Below, one piece after another: positions 1 through 7,876 of a stretch of 64,000 nucleotides of DNA. The position numbers and the translations under genes are program-made. Below the pieces are notes generated by a model. It had not been told where the DNA came from. It saw only the letters and a program-made list of their open reading frames with translations, and searched no databases. The stretch comes from Eubacteriales bacterium. Lineage in GTDB: Bacteria > Bacillota > Clostridia > Oscillospirales > CAG-382. The stretch is taken from positions 21,484-85,483 of the forward strand of contig JAZPZV010000020.1 of the NCBI GenBank assembly GCA_045544855.1, written 5' to 3'. Within the stretch, counting starts at the first letter, position 1, and every line of letters starts with the position of its first letter.

Positions 1-1
1 T

Positions 2-349
2 CTCCTCGCCACCGGGCTGGGATTTTCAGGCGGGCTGTTGACCGTAGGTCGCTTTGAGGGTGTCCGCTTGGCGGGGTTCCTCTGCCTGGAAGGTCTCTTG
101 CTCTTCCTCCCCGGCGCGGTCTGTATGGTTTTGACCGCCAAGGTCAGCGGAGCCACCCATCCCATGCCTCGGGTAATGCTCATCGCGACTTCCCTTTTGG
201 GAGGTGCCTTCCCCTTGGGAGCCTTCTTCCAAGGAAGCTTTCGCCCGGAGGCGTTGCAGATCTGCCTTCTGCTTGCCGCGGGGATCTTACTGTATTTCAT
301 CGCCGCAGAGTGGGCTATTTCCCTGTGGGAGAAGCGTCCGTTGCCGTAA
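2..349 (+). CDS. Multi-pass membrane protein, 3' part only (5' end upstream of window)
   Basis: Frame is open from nt 2 to the stop at 347-349. Hydrophobic helices (LLLAAGILLYFIAAEWAISLW). Directly precedes two ABC-2-permease-like paralogs. Confidence 0.5.
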   Translation, partial: LLATGLGFSGGLLTVGRFEGVRLAGFLCLEGLLLFLPGAVCMVLTAKVSGATHPMPRVMLIATSLLGGAFPLGAFFQGSFRPEALQICLLLAAGILLYFIAAEWAISLWEKRPLP

Positions 350-370
350 AAATTAAGAAAGGAGCCGCTT

Positions 371-1051
371 ATGAAAGGGCTTATCAAAAAAGAATTGCGG
401 AGTCTGCGTGTTTTTACGGTCGTGCCCATGTTCGGAATTCTCATCACAAGTCTCACTTTTCTTTTATTGAATTTTGAAAAAGACCTCTCTTCCGCCATAT
501 CTTACGGCTGTCTGTCTTCTATCAGTTACACCTGGGCGGTGGGAGGCTCATCCACAGATGCCGGCAACGGTTGGTTGGGGTGGATCGGTGTCCTTCCCGT
601 GAGCAAAGAGCAGTATTTCAAGGCCAAAAGCATTGGCGCTGCGGTTGCCGTGTCCCTTGTGCTCCTGCCCCAATGGATCTCTCTCGCCATACGATTCTGC
701 ACCGACGACGATCTGACTCCTCTTGGACTGATCCCCATGTATCTCGCATTGCTTTCCAAAGCCGTAAACACCGTGGCCGACTGTCTTCCTCCCCCCATCT
801 ACGCAGGAAAAAACCGAAGACTGTGGACTGTCCTCACGATCATTTCTTTTGTGCTACCCTTAGGGAACATTCTTCTGGCCCATCTATTGATCCAATCACC
901 GAACGAATTGCTGTATTGGGTACTGTTGCTTCTGCAGATCAGCGCCTGTCTGGTCCATACATTCGCAACGGTGAAAAATAAAGCCGAGCTGTTTGAAGGT
1001 TATCAGCTGGGGATCCCCCGGGAATTACAGATCAAGTTCCCAAGCAAGTAA
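371..1051 (+). CDS. ABC-2-type permease-like membrane protein, paralog 1
   Basis: ATG preceded by AAAGGAG. N-terminus MKGLIKKELRSL and several hydrophobic segments. C-terminal FEGYQLGIPRELQ motif shared with the next gene. Confidence 0.6.
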   Translation: MKGLIKKELRSLRVFTVVPMFGILITSLTFLLLNFEKDLSSAISYGCLSSISYTWAVGGSSTDAGNGWLGWIGVLPVSKEQYFKAKSIGAAVAVSLVLLPQWISLAIRFCTDDDLTPLGLIPMYLALLSKAVNTVADCLPPPIYAGKNRRLWTVLTIISFVLPLGNILLAHLLIQSPNELLYWVLLLLQISACLVHTFATVKNKAELFEGYQLGIPRELQIKFPSK

Positions 1052-1072
1052 GAAACACGAAAGGAGCCGTTT

Positions 1073-1735
1073 ATGAAAGGGCTTATCAAATACGAGCTGA
1101 AAAAGATGATTTCCGTGTGGTGGTTGGTATACGTCGCGGTCATGCTCCTCGCTTTCTACGCATTGGATTGGGAAGCGTACTACGGTTTCTACTTTGCCTT
1201 GGCTTCTGTCCACGTTTCAAAAGGTGTGAGTGACACCACGCGTGCGGACGAAAAAAGCGGCTGGCTGGCTCTGCAAGGGATGTTTCCCGTGAGCAAACGG
1301 CAGTATCTGACCGCAAAGTATATTCGTTACGGCGTGGTATGCGTGCTGAACGCCTGCTTCGTTTTTACACTGATCGGGATCCGTTGCGTTTTGAACGACA
1401 ACTTTGGCCTCCTCGCCTTTTGGCTTCCGCTCATGGTACACCTCTCCTTCTGTATGGCAATCAGCTCTACGTTCCCCGAAATTCTGGGCTTAAAGAGGCA
1501 TGGGCTTCGGGCGTTCCTGATCAGGAACGGATCGCTTCTCTGCAGCGCGGGAAACGGTGTATCGCTGATCATGCTTGTGAGCAATCCAGCTTGGGAAAGC
1601 CGTCTCCTCCCCTACGTCATCGGTTTTTTGGTGCTTGGGGCGGCCGTCTGCGTTCTGAACGTAAAAGAAAAGCTGGATCAGTTCGAGGACTATCAACTGG
1701 GGATCCCGTCGGAATTACAGAGAGAAGACACGTAA
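1073..1735 (+). CDS. ABC-2-type permease-like membrane protein, paralog 2
   Basis: ATG preceded by AAAGGAG. N-terminus MKGLIKYELKKM. Shared internal motif GWL..GMFPVSK.QY..AK and C-terminal FEDYQLGIPSELQ. Confidence 0.6.
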   Translation: MKGLIKYELKKMISVWWLVYVAVMLLAFYALDWEAYYGFYFALASVHVSKGVSDTTRADEKSGWLALQGMFPVSKRQYLTAKYIRYGVVCVLNACFVFTLIGIRCVLNDNFGLLAFWLPLMVHLSFCMAISSTFPEILGLKRHGLRAFLIRNGSLLCSAGNGVSLIMLVSNPAWESRLLPYVIGFLVLGAAVCVLNVKEKLDQFEDYQLGIPSELQREDT

Positions 1736-1784
1736 ACAAACGAAAAAAAGAAGTTCGCTATGGAAGGCGGACTTCTTTTGTGTT

Positions 1785-2363
1785 TTATGAAAATTGTTTG
1801 CGGAAGGCTTCTGCCGCGTCCCGGGCAAAGGGCAGGGTGAAGGACGGGGGGAAGGCGGTGGAGACAGCCTCCGTGGCGTTGAGCAGGCGGTACCAGGTGC
1901 CGGAGACGAAGGCCTGAGCGCCCTCGCGGGTGATGCCGCAGGGATAGGTCTTCCCTATGGGAAGGAAGGTGCGGTTCATCTCAAAGAACAGCTCCCTTGC
2001 CCCGGGGGTATGGTGGTACAGATGTGCGCTTGCCAGGAAGATCTCCTGCCTGTAGCGGGCAAACCAGCCCTCTTCGCTTTCGTGGGCCTTACGGTAGGGC
2101 TCGTAGCCCGCCTTGTCCCAATGAAGATCCAGAAACAGGTGGAGGAGCACCCCTTTTTCCAAGGGGTCGGAAAGATCCAAGGTCTCCCCGAAACGCAGCA
2201 GAGCATCCATCCGCCGTTCCGTGGGAAGGTGGCGGAAATGGGTGATATCCTTGGCTTCTCTTGCGGAAAGCAGGTCGGGGACGATGTTCCCGGTATAAAA
2301 CAGGGTGGGTGCGCCCGGATCGTACAGCTTGGCACAGGTCAGATGGACCATAGCGGAGGACAT
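1785..2363 (-). CDS. Hypothetical protein (192 aa)
   Basis: Starts 4 nt after the galE stop on the same strand (operon-like). I cannot name a motif with confidence. Confidence 0.5.
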   Translation of the reverse strand: MSSAMVHLTCAKLYDPGAPTLFYTGNIVPDLLSAREAKDITHFRHLPTERRMDALLRFGETLDLSDPLEKGVLLHLFLDLHWDKAGYEPYRKAHESEEGWFARYRQEIFLASAHLYHHTPGARELFFEMNRTFLPIGKTYPCGITREGAQAFVSGTWYRLLNATEAVSTAFPPSFTLPFARDAAEAFRKQFS

Positions 2364-2366
2364 GGA

Positions 2367-3362
2367 TCAGTTCGCCTTCTCAAAGTTCCATGCGGAACGG
2401 CACATCTCTTCCAAGGTGTGCTTGGCTCTCCAGCCCAATTCACGCTCTGCCTTGGCGGGGTCGGACCAACACTCGGCAATGTCGCCGGGGCGGCGGTCGG
2501 TGATCTCGTAGGGGATCTTGATCCCGGTGGAGCGCTCAAAGGCCTTCACCAGATCCAACACGCTGTAGCCCACGCCGGTGCCCAGGTTATACACCTTTAC
2601 GCCGGAATCGGCCATCTTGTTCACCACGGCGATGTGGCCTGCGGCAAGATCCTCCACGTGGATGAAGTCACGGACGCCGGTGCCGTCGTGGGTGGGATAA
2701 TCGTTGCCGTAGATGCACAGCTTGGGCAGGACGCCCTTTGCCACGCGGGTGACGTAGGGCATCAGGTTGTTGGGGATGCCGTTGGGGTTATCCCCGATGA
2801 GGCAGCTTTCGTGAGCGCCGATGGGGTTGAAGTAACGCAGGAGGACAACGCTCCAGCGCCGATCGGAAACGTACAGGTCGGAAAGGATCCGCTCCAGATA
2901 CAGCTTGGTGGTGCCGTAGGGGTTGGTGGTGCCGCCTGTGGGAAAATCCTCGCGGATGGGCACGGAGGCGGGAGTACCGTACACCGTGGCGGAGGAGGAG
3001 AACACGATCTTGAAGCATCCGTGCTCACGCATCACGTCCAGCAGAGTCAAAGTGCCGGTGATGTTGTTGTGGTAATACTCCAAAGGCTTGGAGACAGATT
3101 CGCCCACAGCCTTCAGTCCTGCAAAATGGATCACCGCATCGATCTTATGGGTGTAGAAAATGGTGTCCAGAGCCTCTCTGTCCAGAATATCCGCGCGGTA
3201 GAAGGTGGGCTTCTTCCCGGTGATCTTCTCGATGGCGGAGACAACAGACGCCTTAGAATTGGAAAGGTTATCCACGATCACCACTTCGTCCCCCTGCTCA
3301 AGCAGTTGGACACAGGTGTGAGAACCGATGTAACCCGTTCCGCCGGTAACCAAAATACGCAT
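2367..3362 (-). CDS. galE: UDP-glucose 4-epimerase
   Basis: MRILVTGGTGYIGSH Rossmann motif and catalytic YGTTK. Start moved to the internal ATG at 3362; the upstream 40 codons of the ORF look non-coding. Confidence 0.9.
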   Translation of the reverse strand: MRILVTGGTGYIGSHTCVQLLEQGDEVVIVDNLSNSKASVVSAIEKITGKKPTFYRADILDREALDTIFYTHKIDAVIHFAGLKAVGESVSKPLEYYHNNITGTLTLLDVMREHGCFKIVFSSSATVYGTPASVPIREDFPTGGTTNPYGTTKLYLERILSDLYVSDRRWSVVLLRYFNPIGAHESCLIGDNPNGIPNNLMPYVTRVAKGVLPKLCIYGNDYPTHDGTGVRDFIHVEDLAAGHIAVVNKMADSGVKVYNLGTGVGYSVLDLVKAFERSTGIKIPYEITDRRPGDIAECWSDPAKAERELGWRAKHTLEEMCRSAWNFEKAN

Positions 3363-3558
3363 AGAAACAACTCCCTTGCCGATTGATAGCTTTATTTTAT
3401 CACAGCTTTCGGGAAAAAGCAAGTGGCGGCGGGAAGTTTTTTGGTAGAAAGGCAGGCGTGGAACGACGTACTTTTTGTGCAAAAGACTTGACTTTGGGGG
3501 GGATTTGATGTATAATACCTTCTGAATAAAATTCCGCCCGCATATACTTTTGTGGGTG

Positions 3559-4731
3559 ATGACATTGAAGAAAACGCTTTTGATCCTCAGCGCCTTGGTC
3601 TTTCTGCTTGCGGCAGGGGTAACCGCCTTGGCTATGCCCTTGGTCTCTCCTTGCTTCCCTGCTTCCGATGCTCCTTTGGAGACGGGGACCTTTCCCGTGG
3701 AATTTCACCCGGGGGATCTTGCCGTGGGAGCGGAAAGCGCCATCCTCATTGACGGGGACAGCGGCAGTGTGCTGTACGCCAAGAATCCCGACGAAAAACG
3801 GGGCATGGCCAGCACCACCAAGATCATGACGGCATATGTGATCCTGAACCGATTATCCCCGGAGACTGTGGTGGAGATCACCCCGGAAATGACGGGGATA
3901 GAAGGCAGCTCCCTGTACTTAAAGGCGGGAGAAAAGCTGACGGTGGAGGAATTGCTGTACGGTCTGCTTTTGGAAAGCGGGAACGACAGCGCCGTTGCCC
4001 TTGCCGTTGCCTGCGACGGCAGTGTGGATGCGTTCGCCAAGCGGATGAACGAGACTGCGGCGGAGCTGGGACTTGAAAACACGCGGTTTGCCAACCCTCA
4101 CGGGCTTTCTGCAGAGGGGCATTACACCACGGCGAGAGAGCTGGCGTTGCTCACGGCGGAGGCCTTGCAGAACGAGACCTTCGGGGAGATCGTTGCCACC
4201 TATCAGACCCGTATTCCCTACGAGGGCATCGAGGGCGGGCGGTATCTCACCAACCACAATCCCCTGCTGAAAGGCTACGAGGGTATGATCGGTGTCAAGA
4301 CGGGGTGGACCACCGCAGACGGCAAGTGCTTCGTCAGTGCGGCAAAGCGGGAGGGGATGACCCTCATTGCGGTGACTCTGGGAGATACGGGAATTTCCGC
4401 TACTCACAGGAAGCTGTTGGACTATGGCTTTGAACATTTTGAAAAACGCACCCTGACGGTGGAGACGCCCTTGCAATTGCCCGTGGTGGGAGGAGAAGCC
4501 TCCTTTTTGCAAGCAGAGGCGGAAACGCTCACCGTGACCCTGCCCAAGGGCGGAGAGACGGGTGTGAGAATAGAGACCCTGCCCTTTGTGTACGCAGGGG
4601 TTGCAAAAGGCACGTACTGCGGGAGGGCTGTCTTCCTGTGGGACGGCGTGGAGGTGGGCAGTGCGCCCATGGTCACGGCGGAAACGGTGCCTGTGAAGAA
4701 GATCTCCCTTTGGGAGAAATGGTTTGGATAA
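3559..4731 (+). CDS. D-alanyl-D-alanine carboxypeptidase (serine peptidase S11, PBP5-like)
   Basis: Signal-like N-terminus MTLKKTLLILSALVFLLAAG. SxxK (STTK), SGN (ESGNDSA) and KTG (VKTGWT) motifs. Confidence 0.85.
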   Translation: MTLKKTLLILSALVFLLAAGVTALAMPLVSPCFPASDAPLETGTFPVEFHPGDLAVGAESAILIDGDSGSVLYAKNPDEKRGMASTTKIMTAYVILNRLSPETVVEITPEMTGIEGSSLYLKAGEKLTVEELLYGLLLESGNDSAVALAVACDGSVDAFAKRMNETAAELGLENTRFANPHGLSAEGHYTTARELALLTAEALQNETFGEIVATYQTRIPYEGIEGGRYLTNHNPLLKGYEGMIGVKTGWTTADGKCFVSAAKREGMTLIAVTLGDTGISATHRKLLDYGFEHFEKRTLTVETPLQLPVVGGEASFLQAEAETLTVTLPKGGETGVRIETLPFVYAGVAKGTYCGRAVFLWDGVEVGSAPMVTAETVPVKKISLWEKWFG

Positions 4732-4735
4732 AACG

Positions 4736-5533
4736 ATGGACGTAAAACTGCAAAAGTACGTTTCCGACTGCGGGCTCATGTCCCGCAGGGCGGCGGAACG
4801 GGAAATTGAAGAAGGGCATTTTGCCATCAACGGGGTAAAGGCCAAGCTGGGGGACCGTGTGGAGCCCGGCAAGGACAAGGTCACTTACCGAGGCGAGGTG
4901 CTGAAGAAGAGCGGCAAAAAGGTGTATCTGCTTCTCAACAAGCCTGCGGGAGTGGTGACTACCATGCAGGATGAGTTGGGCAGAAAGACCGTATCGGAGC
5001 TGATCGACCTGCCGGGCAAACGGGTGTACCCCGTGGGCAGGCTGGATAAGGACAGCGAGGGATTGCTTCTCATGACCGACGACGGGGAGTTTGCCAACCG
5101 CATTTCCCACCCTTCCGGCGGGATCAAAAAGGTATATTACGTGATGGTGGCGGGCAGGATCGAAAACAACCAATTGGATTCTCTCCGTGCCATGCGGGTG
5201 CTGGAGGGCGAGCCCATCAATCCCGTTGAGGTGGAGCTGATGGAGCGGAGCGATAACGCCAGCAAGGTGCGGTTCGTTCTCTCCGAGGGAAAGAACCGTC
5301 AGATCCGCAGGATGTGCGAGGCTGTGGGGCTTTCCGTTATGCAGCTGCGCAGGGTGCAGATGGGAAATCTGCGGTTGGGTACTCTGGAATACGGCGCTTA
5401 TCGCCACTTGACGGACGAAGAACGAAAAGGCTTATTAAAACTCACGAACGAGGGAAAGATACATGGAAGAAATGACCTTCGAGCAGGCTCTGGCAAGGCT
5501 GGAGCAGATCGTAAAAGAACTGGAAGGCGGTAA
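4736..5533 (+). CDS. rluB: Pseudouridine synthase, RsuA/RluB family with S4 domain
   Basis: S4-like N-terminus (KLQKYVSDCGLMSRRAAEREI) and catalytic VGRLDKDSEGLLLMTDDGE. Basic C-terminal tail overlaps xseB. Confidence 0.85.
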   Translation: MDVKLQKYVSDCGLMSRRAAEREIEEGHFAINGVKAKLGDRVEPGKDKVTYRGEVLKKSGKKVYLLLNKPAGVVTTMQDELGRKTVSELIDLPGKRVYPVGRLDKDSEGLLLMTDDGEFANRISHPSGGIKKVYYVMVAGRIENNQLDSLRAMRVLEGEPINPVEVELMERSDNASKVRFVLSEGKNRQIRRMCEAVGLSVMQLRRVQMGNLRLGTLEYGAYRHLTDEERKGLLKLTNEGKIHGRNDLRAGSGKAGADRKRTGRR

Positions 5534-5684
5534 CGTTCCGTTGGATGATCTCATGCGCCTTTACGACGAAGGCACTACCCTGGTAAAGGCTTGTACGGAG
5601 AAGATCACCGCCGCCGAGCAGAAGGTACGCCTGGTGCAGATGAAGAACGGCACCGTCACCGAGGAGGCGTTTGAAGGACAATGA
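5463..5684 (+). CDS. xseB: Exodeoxyribonuclease VII small subunit
   Basis: 73 aa with TFEQALARLEQIVKELEGGNVPLDDLMRLYDEG, typical of XseB. The stop overlaps the ispA start (ATGA). Confidence 0.85.
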   Translation: MEEMTFEQALARLEQIVKELEGGNVPLDDLMRLYDEGTTLVKACTEKITAAEQKVRLVQMKNGTVTEEAFEGQ

Positions 5685-6574
5685 GCTTGTTTGCTACACG
5701 GTTGTCCGACCACGCGGCCTTGGCCAACAAAGCCCTGGCAACGCTGTTGCCCTCCCGTGAGGACGGGTACGATAAGATCCTGCGGGAGGCCATGGCCTAT
5801 TCCGTTGAAAACGGCGGAAAGCGGCTTAGGGCCCATCTGGTGATGGAATTCTGCGAGCTTTGCGGCGGCAATAGGGAGGCTTGTCTCCCCTACGCCGCAG
5901 GCATTGAGATGATGCACGCATTCTCTTTGATCCACGACGATCTCCCCTGCATGGATAACGATACCCTGCGGAGAGGAAAGCCCACCAACCACGTGGTATA
6001 CGGCGAATCCACCGCCCTTTTGGCGGGAGACGCTTTGTCCCTGCTGGCATTGGAGACGGTGGCAAACAATCCGTCCTGCAACGATGCCGAGAATCTTGCG
6101 GCGGTGAAGCTGTTGGCTTCCTATGCCGGATGCTTTGGGATGTGCGGAGGACAGCAGATCGATCTGCAAAGCGAAAACAAGCAGATCTCCATGGAAGAGT
6201 TAGAGGCTCTGGTAAACAAAAAGACGGGTGCGCTTTTTGCCGCCGCCTGCGAGCTGGGGTGCATTGCCGCCGGCAATGACGAAAAGCGGCGGGAATTGGC
6301 AAATCGGTTCGGTTTGACCACCGGGCTGGCTTTCCAGATCGCAGACGATCTTTTGGATCTCCGTGCAGATATATCCACTTTGGGAAAGACTCCCGGGAAG
6401 GATGCGGAAAGCGGGAAATCCACCTTCGTTTCCCTTTTGGGGGAAGCGGAGGCTTACGACTATGCGTCCACCCTTTGCAAGAAAGCAAAGGAGCTGTTGG
6501 ACGGCTTTGGCGACAGCGAGGCAAAGGAATCGCTGTGTGCCTATTGTGATTACATCATCACAAGAACTTATTGA
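5681..6574 (+). CDS. ispA: Farnesyl/geranylgeranyl diphosphate synthase
   Basis: First Asp-rich motif IHDDLPCMDNDTLRRGKPT and second motif FQIADDLLD. Confidence 0.9.
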   Translation: MSLFATRLSDHAALANKALATLLPSREDGYDKILREAMAYSVENGGKRLRAHLVMEFCELCGGNREACLPYAAGIEMMHAFSLIHDDLPCMDNDTLRRGKPTNHVVYGESTALLAGDALSLLALETVANNPSCNDAENLAAVKLLASYAGCFGMCGGQQIDLQSENKQISMEELEALVNKKTGALFAAACELGCIAAGNDEKRRELANRFGLTTGLAFQIADDLLDLRADISTLGKTPGKDAESGKSTFVSLLGEAEAYDYASTLCKKAKELLDGFGDSEAKESLCAYCDYIITRTY

Positions 6575-6579
6575 CGCAG

Positions 6580-7190
6580 ATCTACGCAGGGTGACCTGCC
6601 TGATCATAAACCTGAAAAGATGGCGCAGTATCCTAGTTAACCAAGTACCGTCGAACGTGTGCCTAAAAACGCACGAAACGGCAAATCGATGAAGCTCCTT
6701 GTGCTTGCTTCTTACGCCCAGTCTGGGGTGGGTGCTGGGAGAAATGGGCCGGTGGGCCGCTCGCAATGGCATGCGATACAAGGTCCCAACGGCTTTGGAG
6801 GCTTTTTTCTGTGGGCACGGAATTGACCGTTTCACCTACAGTCTAAAGATTAAACCCATTACGCGGTGCGATGTTTTCGACGCTGTGGATGGTGTAGCCC
6901 GCCTTGAGTGAGTGCAGCGGATGATCTTCCCTCTTTGGGGAATTTCTGAAATTGTAGTTGCAAAAAAGGATTAGGCGGCGCGAGGTTATTGAGGAAATCT
7001 CCTAGGCTGAAAATCACAGGCGCGAAGCGGATTGCAGTGCGGACTCTCTTAGGCAATCAAGCCCCGGATACAGTAATGTACCGGCGTCGGTTTTAATGGG
7101 GAACCGCCTTTCGGTAACGGAAGGTAACCGCATCGGGGAAAACCTGCTTGACCGTATGCCGCAAAGTTTACGCTTCGCGTCGCCATCAAT
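6580..7190 (+). ncRNA. ole: Probable OLE-class large non-coding RNA (boundaries approximate)
   Basis: About 610 nt with no credible ORF between ispA and an oapA-like gene. The order xseB-ispA-gap-oapA-dxs-tlyA-nadK-argR-recN matches the published OLE locus. Local stems are visible. Not verified with a covariance model. Confidence 0.6.
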
Positions 7191-7191
7191 G

Positions 7192-7746
7192 TCGCTTCGC
7201 TCTCACTGCGAAGCACACGGCTTCGCAGTGATTTTCGCCCTGCTTCCGCGCAGGGCGGGCCCCTCACGGGGTTCGCAACAAGTTGCGAATTTTTCTCGCT
7301 CGTTAGCCACGGCGAGAAAAACTGTTATCGGTGTCTTTTCATGCGGAATGAATCCGCATGAGCGACGCAATTATTATCGCTTCGCTCTCACTGCGAAGCG
7401 CACGGCTTCGCAGTGATTTACACGTCCCTTCCGCGGGACGTGAGCCCCTCACGGGGTTCGCAACAAGTTGCGAATTTTTCTCGCTCGTTAGCCACGGCGA
7501 GAAAAACTGTTATCGGTGTCTTTTTGCCCGAAATGAATTCGGGCAAGCGACGCAATTATTATCGCTTCGCTCTCACTGCGAAGCGCACGGCTTCGCAGTG
7601 ATTTTCGCCCTGCTTCCGCGCAGGGCGGGCCCCTTACGGGGTTCGCACTACGTGCGAATTTTTCTCGCTCGTTAACCACGGCGAGAAAAACTGTTATCGG
7701 TGTCTTTTTGCCCGAAATGAATTCGGGCAAGCGACGCAATTATTTA
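7192..7746. repeat. Three tandem 185-bp units, each built of six hairpins
   Basis: Unit starts (TCGCTTCGCTCTCACTGCGAAGC) at 7192, 7377 and 7562. Stems of hairpins B, D and F differ between units by compensated changes. Confidence 0.95.
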
Positions 7747-7769
7747 TATGCGCTACGCGCGTTAAGGGA

Positions 7770-7848
7770 CTTCCCGAAAACGGTAGTTTTCGGCAGGGAA
7801 AGTTTTTTGGAGTTTTTAAGGACCTTTTTTTCAAAAAAGGTTCTTAAG
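7770..7848. repeat. Two-module palindromic element (CCGAAAAC-N4-GTTTTCGG plus AAGGACCTTTTTT/AAAAAAGGTTCTT)
   Basis: Hairpins at 7774-7793 and 7816-7848. The same two modules recur at 16126, 34562/34620 and 49218/49326. Confidence 0.8.
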
Positions 7849-7876
7849 AAAGGGTCTGAAGAAAAGGATTATCAAA

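Noticed and set aside
1794-3386. 530-aa ORF on the plus strand opposite galE
   Set aside because: It is a shadow ORF of a high-GC region. The composition is Gly/Val/His/Ala-rich with no motif. The minus strand encodes a clear GalE plus a downstream gene.
6575-7191. Group II intron or a missed protein gene in the ispA-oapA gap
   Set aside because: There is no GUGYG 5' end, no convincing domain V and no reverse-transcriptase ORF. The ORFs are only 65-72 aa without an RBS. Synteny favours OLE RNA instead.
7096-7739. ORFs of 60-106 aa inside the tandem repeats (7096-7416, 7358-7675, 7413-7601, 7488-7739)
   Set aside because: They exist in several frames and on both strands only because the 185-bp unit lacks stops. 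There is no RBS, and the peptide repeats mirror the DNA repeat.
7192-7746. Possible CRISPR array
   Set aside because: The whole 185-bp unit repeats. There are no short constant repeats alternating with unique spacers, and no cas genes in the window.
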